From Mobula hypostoma (taxonomy: Eukaryota), in the NCBI RefSeq assembly GCF_963921235.1, contig NC_086108.1, forward strand, positions 48,920,001-48,984,000: 64,000 nt of DNA, in the 5' to 3' direction. The notes under the pieces were generated by a model. It was not told the origin of the DNA. It did no database searches and was given only the letters and a program-made list of their open reading frames with translations. A program made the position numbers and the translations under genes. Below, in pieces: positions 1-12,500 of this stretch. Each line of letters begins with the position of its first letter. The stretch's first letter is position 1.

Positions 1-1168
1 CCTTTAGAAAAGATAAAGTGCTGGAAATACTTAATCAAATAACATGCAAAGATTGGCTCGCCTCTATAGACCATCCCCCAAGTAGATGCAAAAATAGATG
101 CAAAAAATCCATTTAAGATCTCACCCATCTCTTTGGCTCCATGCATTGATGTCAGTGCTAATCTTCATGAGGACCAGTTTTGTGCCTTGCTATCCTTTTG
201 CTCTTAATGTGTCCATAGAAGCTCTTGGGAGTTCCCTTCACCCTGTCTGCTAGAGCAACTTCACGTCTTCATTTAGCTCTTCTGATTTTGCCCATTAAGT
301 GTTCTCTTGCATTTTTTATACTCAAATACATGATTTGTTCCTTGCTCGCTATAGCTGCTATTCACCACCACCTTCTTAACTTGGGCCTCAATATCTCTCG
401 AAAATCAAGGTTCCCTAAGCCTGTTGGCCTTGCCTTTTATTCTGTCAGGAACATACAAACTGTATTCTCAAATTTTCACTTTTAAATGCCTCCCTCTTAC
501 TAGCACACCTTTGCCAGAATACAACCTGTCCCAATCCACACTTGCCAGATCTTTTCTAATATTAGCAAAATTGGCCTTTCTCCAATTAAGAATCTCAATC
601 CAGGGAAGAAATTTATCCTACTTCATAATTTAACTAATGTATCTGAAGTGTTCCCCTACACATACTTCTATCACCTCCCCTATCTTTTGTCCAATAGGAC
701 TTCCAGTGACGCACTCTGTCTAGTTGTGACCACCATGTATAGATTAAGGAAATTTTCCTTTCCCATCCAGCCCTTTTCCAGTATGGAAGTCCCAGTCAAT
801 GCAAGTTAAAATCACTTATCACAACCTTGTTTCTTATCTGTGATCTCTCTACAAATTTGCTCATCCAAATCCTGCCAATTGGTGGATGGTCTATAATATA
901 ATCCCATTAATGTGATGCTCCCTTTCTTATTCCTCAGTTCAATTTATGGAGCTTCAGTAGATGAGCTCTCCAGTCTGTCCTGTCTGAGCATTGTCATGAC
1001 ATTTTCCCTGACATAATGCCACACTTCTACCCTTTAATCCCTCCCATTCTATCGTGCTTAAATCAATGGAACACCAGCACATTGAGCAGCCCATCCTGCC
1101 CCACTTTCAAACAGGTTTCACTAATGGCTATAATGTTATAGTTCCACATGCTCAATCACCTTACCTGC
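1..1168 (-). mobile_element. CR1-type LINE, decayed, endonuclease region; continues at 3739-~4730
   Basis: The reverse strand reads as degenerate CR1 ORF2 N-terminus and resumes seamlessly after the Rex insertion (ttacctgc...caatactctgtgcattgaaa). Confidence 0.65.
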
Positions 1169-3738
1169 TGTTGGACTCCGGCCATATTATTTGCCAAGGG
1201 AAATCTCACTTGCAATTGTGGTTGTTGTGTACATCCCTCCCTCTGCCAACCCGTCGTCGGCGTGTAACATCATTTACACCGTCATAGCCAGATTACAAAC
1301 CCAGCACCCGAGTGCCCTCATTACCATCTCGGGTGACTTCAACCATGTTACCATGGCTAGAACACTGCCCAACTTCACGCACAATGTGAGCTGCACGACC
1401 AGAGGGGAGAGGACTCTGGATTTGATGTATGCTAACGTTAAGGATGCATACAGCTTCTCTCCCCTCCCTCCATTGGGAAGGTCAGATCACAACCTGGTGC
1501 ATCTAAAACCCTGCTACGTGCCTCTGGTGAAGAGTAAACCTGCAACCTCGAGGACAGTGAGGAACTGGTCAGAGGAGGCTTATGAGGCGCACCAGGGTTG
1601 TTTTGAGGTGACAGACTGGCAGGCACTCTGTGAGCCACATGGAAAGGATATTGATGGGCTCACAGAGTGCATCACTGATTACATCAACTTCTGTGTGGAC
1701 TACAATGTTCCGACAAGAACTGTCCTTTGTCCCCCATGGCTTGTTATTTGAATAACAAAGGACATTAAGGACATCCTGAATGCTAAAAAGAGGGCGTTTA
1801 GAGATGGAAACAGGGAGGAGCTGAGGGCGATACAGAGGCACCTGAAAGCCAGGATCAGGGAGGCTAAAGACAGGTATAGGAGGAAGCTTGAGTGGACTCC
1901 AGCAGAACAACAGGAGAGAGGTCTGGAGTGGGTTAAGGACCATCACTGGGTTCCGGCAAACTAGCAACAGAGGAGCTGAAGGCAGTGTGGACAGGGCCAA
2001 CGAACTTAAGCTGAACTTTAACAGATTTGACATTGTGGCCCCTGCCCATCCCCCACGAGTCATCTGTTGTCGGCCCCCAACCAACATATATTCCACTCTC
2101 CCTTCCTACCTCTCCTTACAGTTCCCCACCCTGCTTTCATGACTATACCCCTTCCCCACACGAAACCACCACGGGTGGGCTTTACAGCTGAACAGATGAG
2201 AAGACGTCTGAAACGTCTCAACCCAAGCAAGGCTGCAGCCCCGGATGGTGTCCACCAGGGTGCTCAAAGCCTGTGTCCCTCAGCTATGTGGAGTACTTCG
2301 CCATGCCTTCAACCTGAGCCTGAGTCTCCAGAGGGTTCCTGTGCTGTGGAAGACATCCTGCCTTGTCCCTGTGCCAAAGATGCCACGCCCCAGCGGCCTC
2401 AATGACTACAGACCAGTGGCATTGACCTCCCACATCATGAAGACCCTGGAGAGACTTGTTCTCGAGCTGCTCTGGCCTATGGTTAGGCCACACTTAGATC
2501 CCCTCCAGTTCGCCTACCAGCCCCGACTAGGATTTGAGGATGCCATCGTCTACCTGCTGAACCGTGTCTACACCCACCTGGACAAGCCAGCGAGCACTGT
2601 GAGGGTCATGTTTTTTGACTTCTCCAGTGCGTTCAGCACCATCCGCCCTGCTCTGCTGGGGGAGAAGCTGACAGCGATGCAGGTGGATGCTTTCCTGGTG
2701 TCATGGATTCTTGATTACCTGACTGGCAGAGCACAGTACGTGTGCTTGCAACACTGTGCGTCCGACAGAGTGATCAGCAGCACTGGGGCTCCACAGGGGA
2801 CTGTCTTGTCTCCCTTTCTCTTCACCATTTACACCTCGGCCTTCAACTACTGCACAGAGTCTTGTCATCTTCAGAAGTTTTCTGATGACTCTGCCATAGT
2901 TGGATGCATCAGCAAGGGAGATGAGGCTGAGTACTGGGCTACGCTAGGAAACTTTTTTACATGGTATGAGCAGAATTATCTGCAGCTTAATGTGAAAAAG
3001 GCTAAGGAGCTGGTGGTAGACTTGAGGAGAGCTAAGGTACCGGTGACCCCTGTTTCCATCCCGGGGGTCAGTGTGGACATGGTGGAGGATTACAAATACC
3101 TGGGGATACGAATTGACAATAAACTGGACTGGTCAAAGAACACTGAGGCTGTCTACAAGAAGTGTCAGAGCCGTCTCTATTTCCTGAGGAGACTGAGGTC
3201 CTTTAACATCTGTCGGACGATGCTGATAATGTTCTATGAGTCATGTGGTGGCCAGTGCTATCATGTTTGCTGTTGTGTGCTGGGGCAGCAGTCTGAGGGT
3301 AGCAGACACCAACAGAATCAACAAACTCATTCGTAAGGCCAGTGATGTTGTGGGGATGGAACTGGATTCTCTGACGGTGGTGTCTGAAAAGAGGATGCTG
3401 TCTAAGTTGCATGCCATCTTGGTCAATGTCTCCCATCCACTACATAATGTACTGGGTGGGCACAGGAGTACATTCAGCCAGAGACTCATTCCACCGAGAT
3501 GCAACACAGAGCGTCATAGGAAGTCATTCCTGCCAGTGGCCATCAAACTTTACAACTCCTCCCTTGGAGGGTCAGACACCCTGAGCCAATAGGCTGGTCC
3601 TGGACTTATTTCATAATTTACTGGCATAATTTACATATTATTATTTAACTATGTATGGTTTTATTACTATTTAATTATTTATGGTGCAATTTTAACGAAA
3701 ACCAATTTCCCAGGATCAATAAAGTATGACTATGACTA
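1169..3738 (+). mobile_element. Rex1/Babar-type non-LTR retrotransposon, 5'-truncated and frameshifted
   Basis: APE motifs GDFNH, LDLMY and GRSDH (ORF 1191-1751); RT motifs GAPQGTVLSP and FSDD (ORF 2245-3336); C-terminal ORF 3236-3592; tail aataaagtatgactatgacta. Confidence 0.88.
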
Positions 3739-4730
3739 CAATACTCTGTGCATTGAAATAGACAACTAAGAATGTTAGTTCTATCATGCTCAACCTTTCG
3801 ATTCCTGACTGTAGGTAGGCTGAACAACATCTTTCCCTCACAGCCACTTCTCTACCTTCTCCAACACTCTGGTTTCCATCCCCCTGCAACTCTGGTTTAA
3901 CTCCCTACTGCAGAACTAGCAAACCTTTCTGCAAGGATATCAGTTCAGGTGCAAACTGTTCTGCCTGTACCGGTCCCACCTTTCCTGGAAGAGATCCAAA
4001 AATCCTACACTATCTCCTTAGCCATATGTTAAACTGTATTGTCTTCCCATTTCTGGCCTCATGACACGTGGCACAGGTAACAATCTCTGAACTCACTTTG
4101 CAGGACCTTGTCACCCCTCCTACCTTTGTCATTGGTACCCAGATGGAGCACAGCCTCTAGATACTCAGCCTCTCACTGGTGTGATCTTGATCCAAGATGT
4201 CCCTGGCACTGACACCTGAGAGGCAACAAACCATCCGAAGTTTTGTTCTTGTCCAGGGATCCTCATTTCTGTTCTCTAACCAGCAAATCCCTTTCACTAC
4301 AGCTTGCCTTTTCTACAGCCGTCCCCCCCCGCCCCATGTTTCTGAGCCACAGAGCTAGAGACCTAATTGCAGTGTCTTTACACTGCTAGGTCATTCCCAC
4401 ACCCCCTCTTCCCCCCAACAGTATCTAAGGAGGTGTAAGTGTTATTGAAGGGAATGGCCACAGGGTTATTCTGCACCGGCTGCCTATTCCCTCTCCCCCT
4501 TCTGATGGTCATCCAGTTACCTGTGTAATGCACCTTGGGTATTAAAGCCAATTCTGTGTATCACTACCTCCCGATATGCCTTGTCGATCAGCCTCTCACC
4601 CTCCGAAACGATCTGTAGTTCATCCAGCTCCAATATGTTTAACAAGGTCTGTCAGAAGCTGCACCTGAATGCTCTTCTTGCAGCTGCAGTCATCAGGGAC
4701 AGCAAAGGTCTCCAGTGTAGCTATAGCCTG
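3739..4730 (-). mobile_element. CR1-type LINE 5' part (ORF1 esterase region), decayed
   Basis: Continuation of the element at 1-1168; resembles the reverse complement of the ORF1 region of the + copy at 9.8-10.3 kb. Confidence 0.55.
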
Positions 4731-5039
4731 TACTTCTTCCAGATGAAGCCTTTATGAGCCAAAGCTTGAACTCTCCACTATAACACGGGGCCACTCAAAC
4801 AGTAGCAGCTCCCACAATGGCTGCTACACTTAAACCTAACTTTTTTTGGACCTTGCCAAGTATCTTAATTACACATAGTCCAATGTCTCTTAGTGATGTG
4901 TGGGGCTCGAATGCCCTGGATTCACACTGAAAACTTAATGCTTTTCCAAATTGAACTCTATCTACCTCATCTCAGCCCAATTCTACATCCTGCTAATGAC
5001 TTGCCTATAATGACTTGCTGATAATGCCTATCACAACCT

Positions 5040-6710
5040 CTACACTATCCACGTGATGTGGTCTGTAGACATACTAATCCACTCCTGATTTCCCTGTCCA
5101 AGTCATTTATATAAATAAGGGGCGTGGGGCGAGTGGGTCCCAGAACAGAAACCTGCAGTACTCCACTCATCACCAATCTCCAGGCTGAATACATTCCGTC
5201 TATTACTACCCTCTGCCTTTTGTGGGCAAGCCAATTCTGAATCTAAACACGAGGAAATCTGCAGATGCTGGAATTTCAAGCAACACATATAAAAATTGCT
5301 GGTGAACGCAGCAGGCTAGGCTGCATCTATAGGAAGAGGTACAGTCGATGTTTACAAGGATAAGTGCCGGGAGGGAGATTGGTGGGGACAAATGGACAAG
5401 GGAGTCAGTGGGGTGGGGGGGGGGAGGGAAAGATGTGCTTAGTGGTGGGATCCTGTTGGAGGTGGCGGAAATTATGGAGATTTATATGTTGGACCCGGAG
5501 GCTGGTGGGGTGGTAGGTGAGGACAAGGGGAACCCTATTCCTACTGGGGTGGTGGGAGGATGGGGTGAGAGCAGATGTGCGTGAAGTGGGAGAGATGTGT
5601 TTGAGAGCAGAGTTATAAATCCACATAACCAAGTTTCCCTGGATCGCATGCCTCCTGACTTTCTGAATAACCCTATCATGGAGTACCTTGTCAAATGCCT
5701 TACAAAAAATTCCATGCACGCCACATGCTCTTATCTTCATCAATTTGTTTGGTTACTTCCATGAAGAATTCGATCAGGTCATGAGATGCAGCCTTCCCTT
5801 CACAAAACTATGACTTTGCTTCTTCAAATACTCTCAAATCCTGTCTCTAGGAATGCTTTCCAATAGATTACCCACCACTGGCGTAAGACCCACTGATCTA
5901 TAATTCCTATGGTTATTCCTATTTACTTTCTTGGACAAAGAAGTAATATTTTTCTCTCCTCCAATCTTCTGATAATTTCTCCTGTGGCTAGTGAGGATGC
6001 AAAGGTATCGCAAAGGCATAGCTGTCTCATCCCTCGCTGTCCAGAGTAACCTGGTGCATAACTTATCCGGCCCCGGAGTCTTTCTAACTTAATGTTTAGC
6101 AAGGGTTCCCAGCATGTCCTCTTTCTTAATGTCCACATGTTCCAATGAATTAGCCTGTTTGATCATATTCATCAGGTCCTGCTCACTGGTGAATACTGAA
6201 GAAAAGCATTCATGAAAGACCTCTGCTACCTCCTCAGACTCGAGTTAGAGTTGCAGGGGAATGGGAACCAGAGTGCCAATTTACTCAACCTATGCCTGTA
6301 GCTCCAGTCCTTGAGTCCCAGCAACATCCATGTAAATTTTCTCTGCACTCCTTCAAGCTGATTGATATCTTTCCTGTAGGTAGATGACCTGAACTGCACA
6401 CAGTACTCTAAATTTGACCTCACTAATGTCTTATACAATTCTTACTCAGTGCACAGATTAATGAAGGCCAGTGTGCCAAAAGCTGTTTTTCAAGCCTATC
6501 TTCCTGTGATGTCACTTTCAAGGAATTATAGTTCTGTATTCCCAAGTCCCCTTGTTGTACCTAACACCTAGGAGCCTGAGGCTTCACTATGTGCATTTTA
6601 TCCTGGTTTGTCCTTCCAAAAGGTCACACCTTGCATGGCTGCATTAAATTACATCTCCAATTTTCAGTCCATTTCCCTCACTGGACCGGTTACTCTGCAA
6701 GGTTTGATAG
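5040..6710 (-). mobile_element. CR1 RT/3' fragments, rearranged, interrupted by a Penelope fragment
   Basis: Minus-strand peptides KAFDKVLH, NYRSVGLTPVVG and LVRSNLEYCVQF. Confidence 0.75.
5245..5610 (-). mobile_element. Penelope-like element fragment
   Basis: Terminus aaacacgaggaaatctgcagatgctgg shared with other copies; peptide RVPLVLTYHPTSLRVQHI...HIFPSPP, typical of the region before the PLE GIY-YIG domain. Confidence 0.7.
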
Positions 6711-6759
6711 CCCCAATAATCATAGACATGGGTTAATCGTTCAACACCTAACCTAGGCT

Positions 6760-8404
6760 GCAACTATCTGTCTGAGTCCCAAAGATTACCCTTTTTGTTT
6801 TTCTGGCCTCCTAGAATCCGGAGTCCTCTTTATTTCATGAAGACTGGTGCTGCTTTCATTTCTCCTGGTTATCTCTTGACTCTGGTCATTGTAGCTGCTA
6901 TGGAAGTTCTTCACTGCTAATCACCAGGGCAGAGTTATTGCAGCTCATGGAGTTCAACTATACCACTTCTGTGATATTCCAGAAACTTCTCTTGACATGA
7001 ATATTTGGATGGCAAGATGGGAGAGCCAGTACAAAGAATAATGAGTTTAAGGAAAGATTTGAATGCATCCTTCCAGATGAGCGAAGGGAAAGAAACCACG
7101 GCTGTATTCTTTCTACCTCTAAATTGTTTCTCTTTATCTGGAACTTTGTTTATGTTCACTATTCATCCATTAATCAATGGACATACATTGTGATCAGCAC
7201 CTATTGCGGCTATAATGTCAGGACATAATATTTTGCCATAACCTGAGGACATACTTCTGTCTGGCCTAACTCATTTTGTGGATTTGGATCCCAGGCTAGT
7301 CTTGCTTATTTCTTGCTCAGTTATAAAACATTGTTGCTCTAATCCTTTCAGCAATTCACCTGTCAACTTAATTAGCCTGTCAATAGAAAGTCTCTTTGCT
7401 ACAGGAAATTGGATCATACCTTTGAAGGCCCTGGGATGTAAACTTTTGTCAATGACCAGTAACTTGCATCTGTGGGTTCCTGCAGTATTAGAGCAGCCTA
7501 GCAAAGTCACACGATCTCTCGTTGTCTTATACCTTGTTAGCAATTCTGCATCTGCTGTTAGCGTTCTTCTTGGTGTACATCTCCAATACAAAGCAGTCTC
7601 ATCAGCTCTGTACACTTGGTCAGGGCTTAATTTTTCATCGGAGACTAATTTGGCAAACTTGTCAACAAACTCTGCTGCTGCTTCCTTGTCTGCTGAACAT
7701 TTTTCATCACACGCTGCACGAAATTGTAAGCCATGACGCTGCTTGAACTGATGAAGCCAGCCTTCACTATAGTCACACTCATAATCCAGCCCTAGTTCTT
7801 CATGAAACACTTTTGCTTGTTCCTTCACCATATCTCCAGATAGTTCAACACCTTCACTTACACGAAGGTTAAACCATATTATCAGCACTTTATCTAGTTC
7901 CGAACTTCTTCCGTCTTTCATTGTTTTTCTTACACGCATCTGTTTCTTTGAGCCACTATCAGCAAAAAAATGTAGCAGTTTTTCTTTCTGTTTCTTTATA
8001 TCATACACTGTGGAAGAGCCAATGTTGTAGCACTCACACAAGCTTCTCACCAATACACCACTGTCCAATTTTTTCAAGAGTTCAACCTTATCTTTAATGG
8101 ATAATGTGCGGTGTTTTCGCTTCACAGCGTGAGGTGCATTTCCTTTACTCACTGGGGCCATAATTGGGGCTAAAAAAAGAGCCAATGATATTAATAAATG
8201 CAGGAAAACAAGCAGGAGTCACCTGTCTGTGCTTACAAGAGCGTGCCAACACATGAACAGATCTAGCACAACCAAAGCAATGCACAGCAGGTTGGTATGG
8301 TGGCCCGGGAAATTTGAAATTACAGTTACGCAGAAGATTTGAAATCAGTGCTGGATTATCAAAGGAACCGGATTACAGGTAGTCGGATTACTGAAGGTCG
8401 ACTG
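6760..8404 (-). mobile_element. Tigger/pogo DNA transposon, internally deleted transposase (ORF 7271-8185)
   Basis: psq-type HTH (LSIKDKVELLKKL), CENP-B HTH (SEGWLHQFKQRHG), DDE start ADETALYW; end ...ggtcgactg followed by TA; the other terminus was not found. Confidence 0.85.
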
Positions 8405-8828
8405 TAGTAATATTCAAAAAATTCTTAATAGGATTTATGGGGTAGTTATAGCAATAATCTTGCCCTTGTCTGTGGTGTCTAGAGCCTGGGGTCATGATTT
8501 CAAGAGGTTGGCCATTCTGGGTAAGCTTGAGACGGAACTTCTTTAACCAGCAAAGTGAGTCTTTGGAATTCTCCGCCTAACAGGATACTGGAGGCACAGC
8601 CACTGTGTTACAGGTTTTTATGCATTAAGGGAATCTGGGTATAGGTTTACAGAGGAAAGTAGCACTGAAGAAAAAGACCGATTGTCATCCAGTTGGAGCA
8701 GACATAATGCGTCCAACTCCCCCTTTTCACTACTGATGCTCATGCTTAATTGGACTTTTTAATTAAAATCAGAGTTGGTTGGTATCTCTGGAGATCTTGA
8801 GTGGAATATTAAGTTTCATACCCTAATA

Positions 8829-9512
8829 TGGAGGAGGAGAAGATGGCAGCGTGACGGCAGCGCGTGCGGCCTCACCGGTGAATGATATCTGTAATCTATC
8901 AAGTAGGGGACCGTGCACAATTCTGATTTGATGGAGATGGACGTGAGAGTACGGAGGAACATCTGAAAAACTTCTGAAATGCCTGCTTCACTGCCGCTGC
9001 TACTGTGTGGTAACCGGAATCTCTGGAGCAGAAGGCCCTGAATCCTGGGCTTTGCTTGTTTCAGCGGCCAGGGCTAGGTTGAAGGCGCTCGGCAGAGGAT
9101 GGCGCTCGGGAGGCTGTATCGGACGGGCTGGTTGGAGGCTCGAAGTTTTCGGAAGGACGGACTTGTGGTCGGCTGCTTCCAAGGCATCGGCAAGTTGACG
9201 GTGCCTGGAGGTTTATGGCAGGGAGTTTCTCCCTTTTGCCACCTGCTATCGGGGACTCGGGAGTTGATCAACTCGGGTACTTTGAGACTTTTTTTTTTAC
9301 CATGCTCATGGTTTGTTCTTCATCAAATTATGGTATTGCTTTGCACTGCTGTAACTATATGTAATAATTATGTGGTTCTATCAGTGTTAGTCTTTGGTTT
9401 GTCCTGTTTTCTGTGATATCACTCCGGAGAAACATTGTATCATTTCTTAATGCAGGTATGCATTTCTAAATGACAATAAAAGAGGACCGAGTGTTCTCAT
9501 AATCTAAATCTA
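8829..9512 (+). mobile_element. Short non-autonomous retroelement (SINE-like or LINE UTR-derived)
   Basis: CpG-rich head starting gaagatggcagcg; 3' aataaa plus (aatcta)n-like tail; no credible ORF. Confidence 0.55.
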
Positions 9513-9519
9513 ATACCAG

Positions 9520-12500
9520 CAGTTAGTTGCTGTAAGTAGTATTATTAGCTTATTAGGGAGAGTGAACAGGAGATAGAGAGAAGCTACAGGGAGTTAGTCA
9601 CCCCGAGGCTGCAGGAGTTAGGTAAGTGGGTGACGGTCAGGGGAGCGCTCAGATAGTAGGGAGCACCCCTGTAGCCATCCCCCTCAGTAATCATTATCTC
9701 GTTTTGCATGTGGTTGAGGGGGATGACCTGTCAGAGGACGACCACGGTGATTGGGTTTCTGGCACTGAGCCTGGTTCCGTGGTGCAGAAGCGAGGAATGT
9801 GGTAATCATAGGGGATTCCATAGTGAGGGGAACAGACAGGAGGTTCTGTCAGCCTGATAGAGGTACTCGTGTGGTGCATTGCCTCCCAGGTGCCAGGGTA
9901 TGGGATGTTTTGGGTTGGGTGCAAAATATTCTGAAGAGAGAGGGTGAACAGCCAGAAGTCTTTGTTCACGTTGATACCAATGACATGGGTAGATAAAGGG
10001 AGGAGGTCCTGAAGAGAGAATTCAGGGAGTTAGGTAGGAAGCTGAAAAGCAGGACCTCTAGGGCAGTAATCTCAGGGTTGCTGCCTGTGCCATGTGCTAG
10101 CAAGTGCAAGAATAGCATGACCAGTCGTATTCATGTGTGGCCGAGAGACTGGTGTAGGGGGCAAGGCTTCAGATTCCTGGATCATTGGGGTCTCTTCTGG
10201 GGGAGGTACGACCTGTACAAAAAGGATGGGTTACACTGAACCCAAAGGGGTCCAGTATCCTAGCGGGCACATTTAATAGAGCTGTTAGGGAGGGTTTAAA
10301 CTAATTTGGCAGGGGGATGGGAACTGGAGTGATAGGGTTGAGGAAGGGGAAAACAGAAATAAATCAAAGACAGCATGCAACAGAGATTATAGAAAGAACA
10401 GTCAGGAGATGAGGCTTAGTCACAGCCAGTGGCATGAGTTACTGGGCAATATAGGAGTGGTACAGTTAAAACAGAAAGCAACAAATACTGGACTGAAAGT
10501 GTTATATTTGAATGCACGCAGCATAAGGAATAAAATGGACGATCTTGAAGTTCAGCTACAGATTGGCAAGTTGACATTGTGGCCATCTCTGAAAGTTGGC
10601 TAAAGGATGGCTGCCATTGGGAGCTGAACGTCCAAGGATATATGGTGTATTCGGAGAGATAGGTTAATAGATGGAGGGGGTGGTGTGGCTCTGAGAAATA
10701 AAAGTTAAATCATTAGAAAGAGATGACATAGGATTGGAATGTGTAGAGTCTCTATGGGTTGAGTTTAGAAATGGCAAGGGTAAAAGGACCCTAATGGCAG
10801 TTGTATGCAGACCTCCAAACAGCAGCCGGGATGTGGATTACAAATTACAGCGGGAGATAGAAAAGGCGTGTCAGAAAGGCAATGTAATGTTAGTCGTTGG
10901 GGATTTCAACATGAAAGTGGATAGGGAAAACCAGGCCAGGACTGGACCTCGAGAGAGAATTTGTAGAATGTCTAAGGCAGTGGTCCCCAACCACTGGGCT
11001 GCAGACCAGTACCGGGCCGTGAGGAAACGACATGATTTGGCAGTATGAAATGATACAAGTCAGCTGCACCTTTCCTCACTCCCCGTCACGCCCACTGTTG
11101 AACTTGAATGCACGCGAGTTCATCAGTCGGTCATTAACCTACAACTACTCGATGAGTGAAAAGCAAACATTGCTTGAGAGTTTCTTTGGAAGAGGTGGTA
11201 GGGGAAAAAGGCCTAACGATGATGATAACACAGAGACAGCTGAGGCCGAGACTGCAAAAAAAAAGAAAGCTTCCTTCAACAGAAAGTACAACGAGTTGTA
11301 CATATAATATGGCATTAATGCAACTGGTGACTCACACGCTCCAAGCCCCCTGTGTGTGATATGTGGAGACAAGCTGTCTAATGAGGCAATGAAACCCTCA
11401 AAACTGCTTCGGCACCTTGAGTCCAAGAACCCTGAACTTAAAGACAAACCTGTTGAGTTTTTTGAGCGGAAAAAAACGTGAGCAAGCGGGACAGAAGCAA
11501 GTGCTGAGAGTCACCACCTCCACAAATACTGCTGCTCTTAGAGCATCGTACTTAGTGGCTAGCCGTATTGCTAAGGCTAAGAAGCCTTTCACTGTTGGTG
11601 AAGAATTGACTCTGCCTGCTGCCAAGGACGTGCCGTGAACTGTTGGGAGAAGCTGCAGCTAACAAAATGGCACAGGTTTCTCTTGCAGCTACCACAGTTT
11701 CAAGGAGAATCGACGACATAGTGGAGGACATTGAAGCACAGCTGTTGGAACGGCTTAACGAATCACCATGGTATGCTATCCAGGTCGACAAGTCTACCGA
11801 TGTCAACAACAAGGCAATATGTGTGATATATATTTCAAGATGATGTGCACGAGGATATGTTGTGTGCACTGCCGCTGCCAACTAACACAACTGGGGCAGG
11901 ACTATTCAAGTCTTTGAATGACTACATGTCAGGCAAACTGGATTGGTCATTCTGTGTTGGACTGTGCACAGATGGGGCTGCAGCTATGACTGGACGGCTG
12001 TCTGGTTTCACTACCCGAGTCAAAGAGGTTGCTCCTGAATGCCAGTTTACATATATTAAATTCATTAGATAAGCCCTTTTAGAAACAAAATTGAGTGTAT
12101 TAGCCACTTATAAGTGACACATAGTTGACTTATCATCTATATTCCGTTTGTGATTAACACGTCCCCCCTCCCTGGTCGGCCGGTCCGCAAGAATATTGTA
12201 TTAAACTGGTCTGCGGTGCAAAAAAGGTTGGTGACCCCTGGTCTAAGGGATGGCTTTTAGAACAGCTTGTTGAGCCCACCAGGGGATTGGCTGTGCTGGA
12301 TTGGGTGTTGTGCAATAATCCGGAGGTGAGAAGTGAGCTTAGGGTTAAGGAACCCTCAGGAAACAGTGATCACAATATGATCGAGTTCACATTGAAATTT
12401 GAGAGGAAAAAAATAAAATCCAATTTGTCGCTTTTTCAGTGGAATAAAGGAAATTACAATGGCATGAGATGGGAACTGGCCAAAGTTGACTAAGGACAGC

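Noticed and set aside
2245..3336. RT ORF as an active retroelement or prokaryotic RT system
   Set aside because: 5'-truncated, frameshifted Rex-type LINE inside a vertebrate intron.
7271..8185. 304-aa ORF as a domesticated TIGD/JRK-like gene
   Set aside because: The DDE domain is internally deleted, the start is non-ATG and a transposon terminus with TA is adjacent; it is a TE relic.
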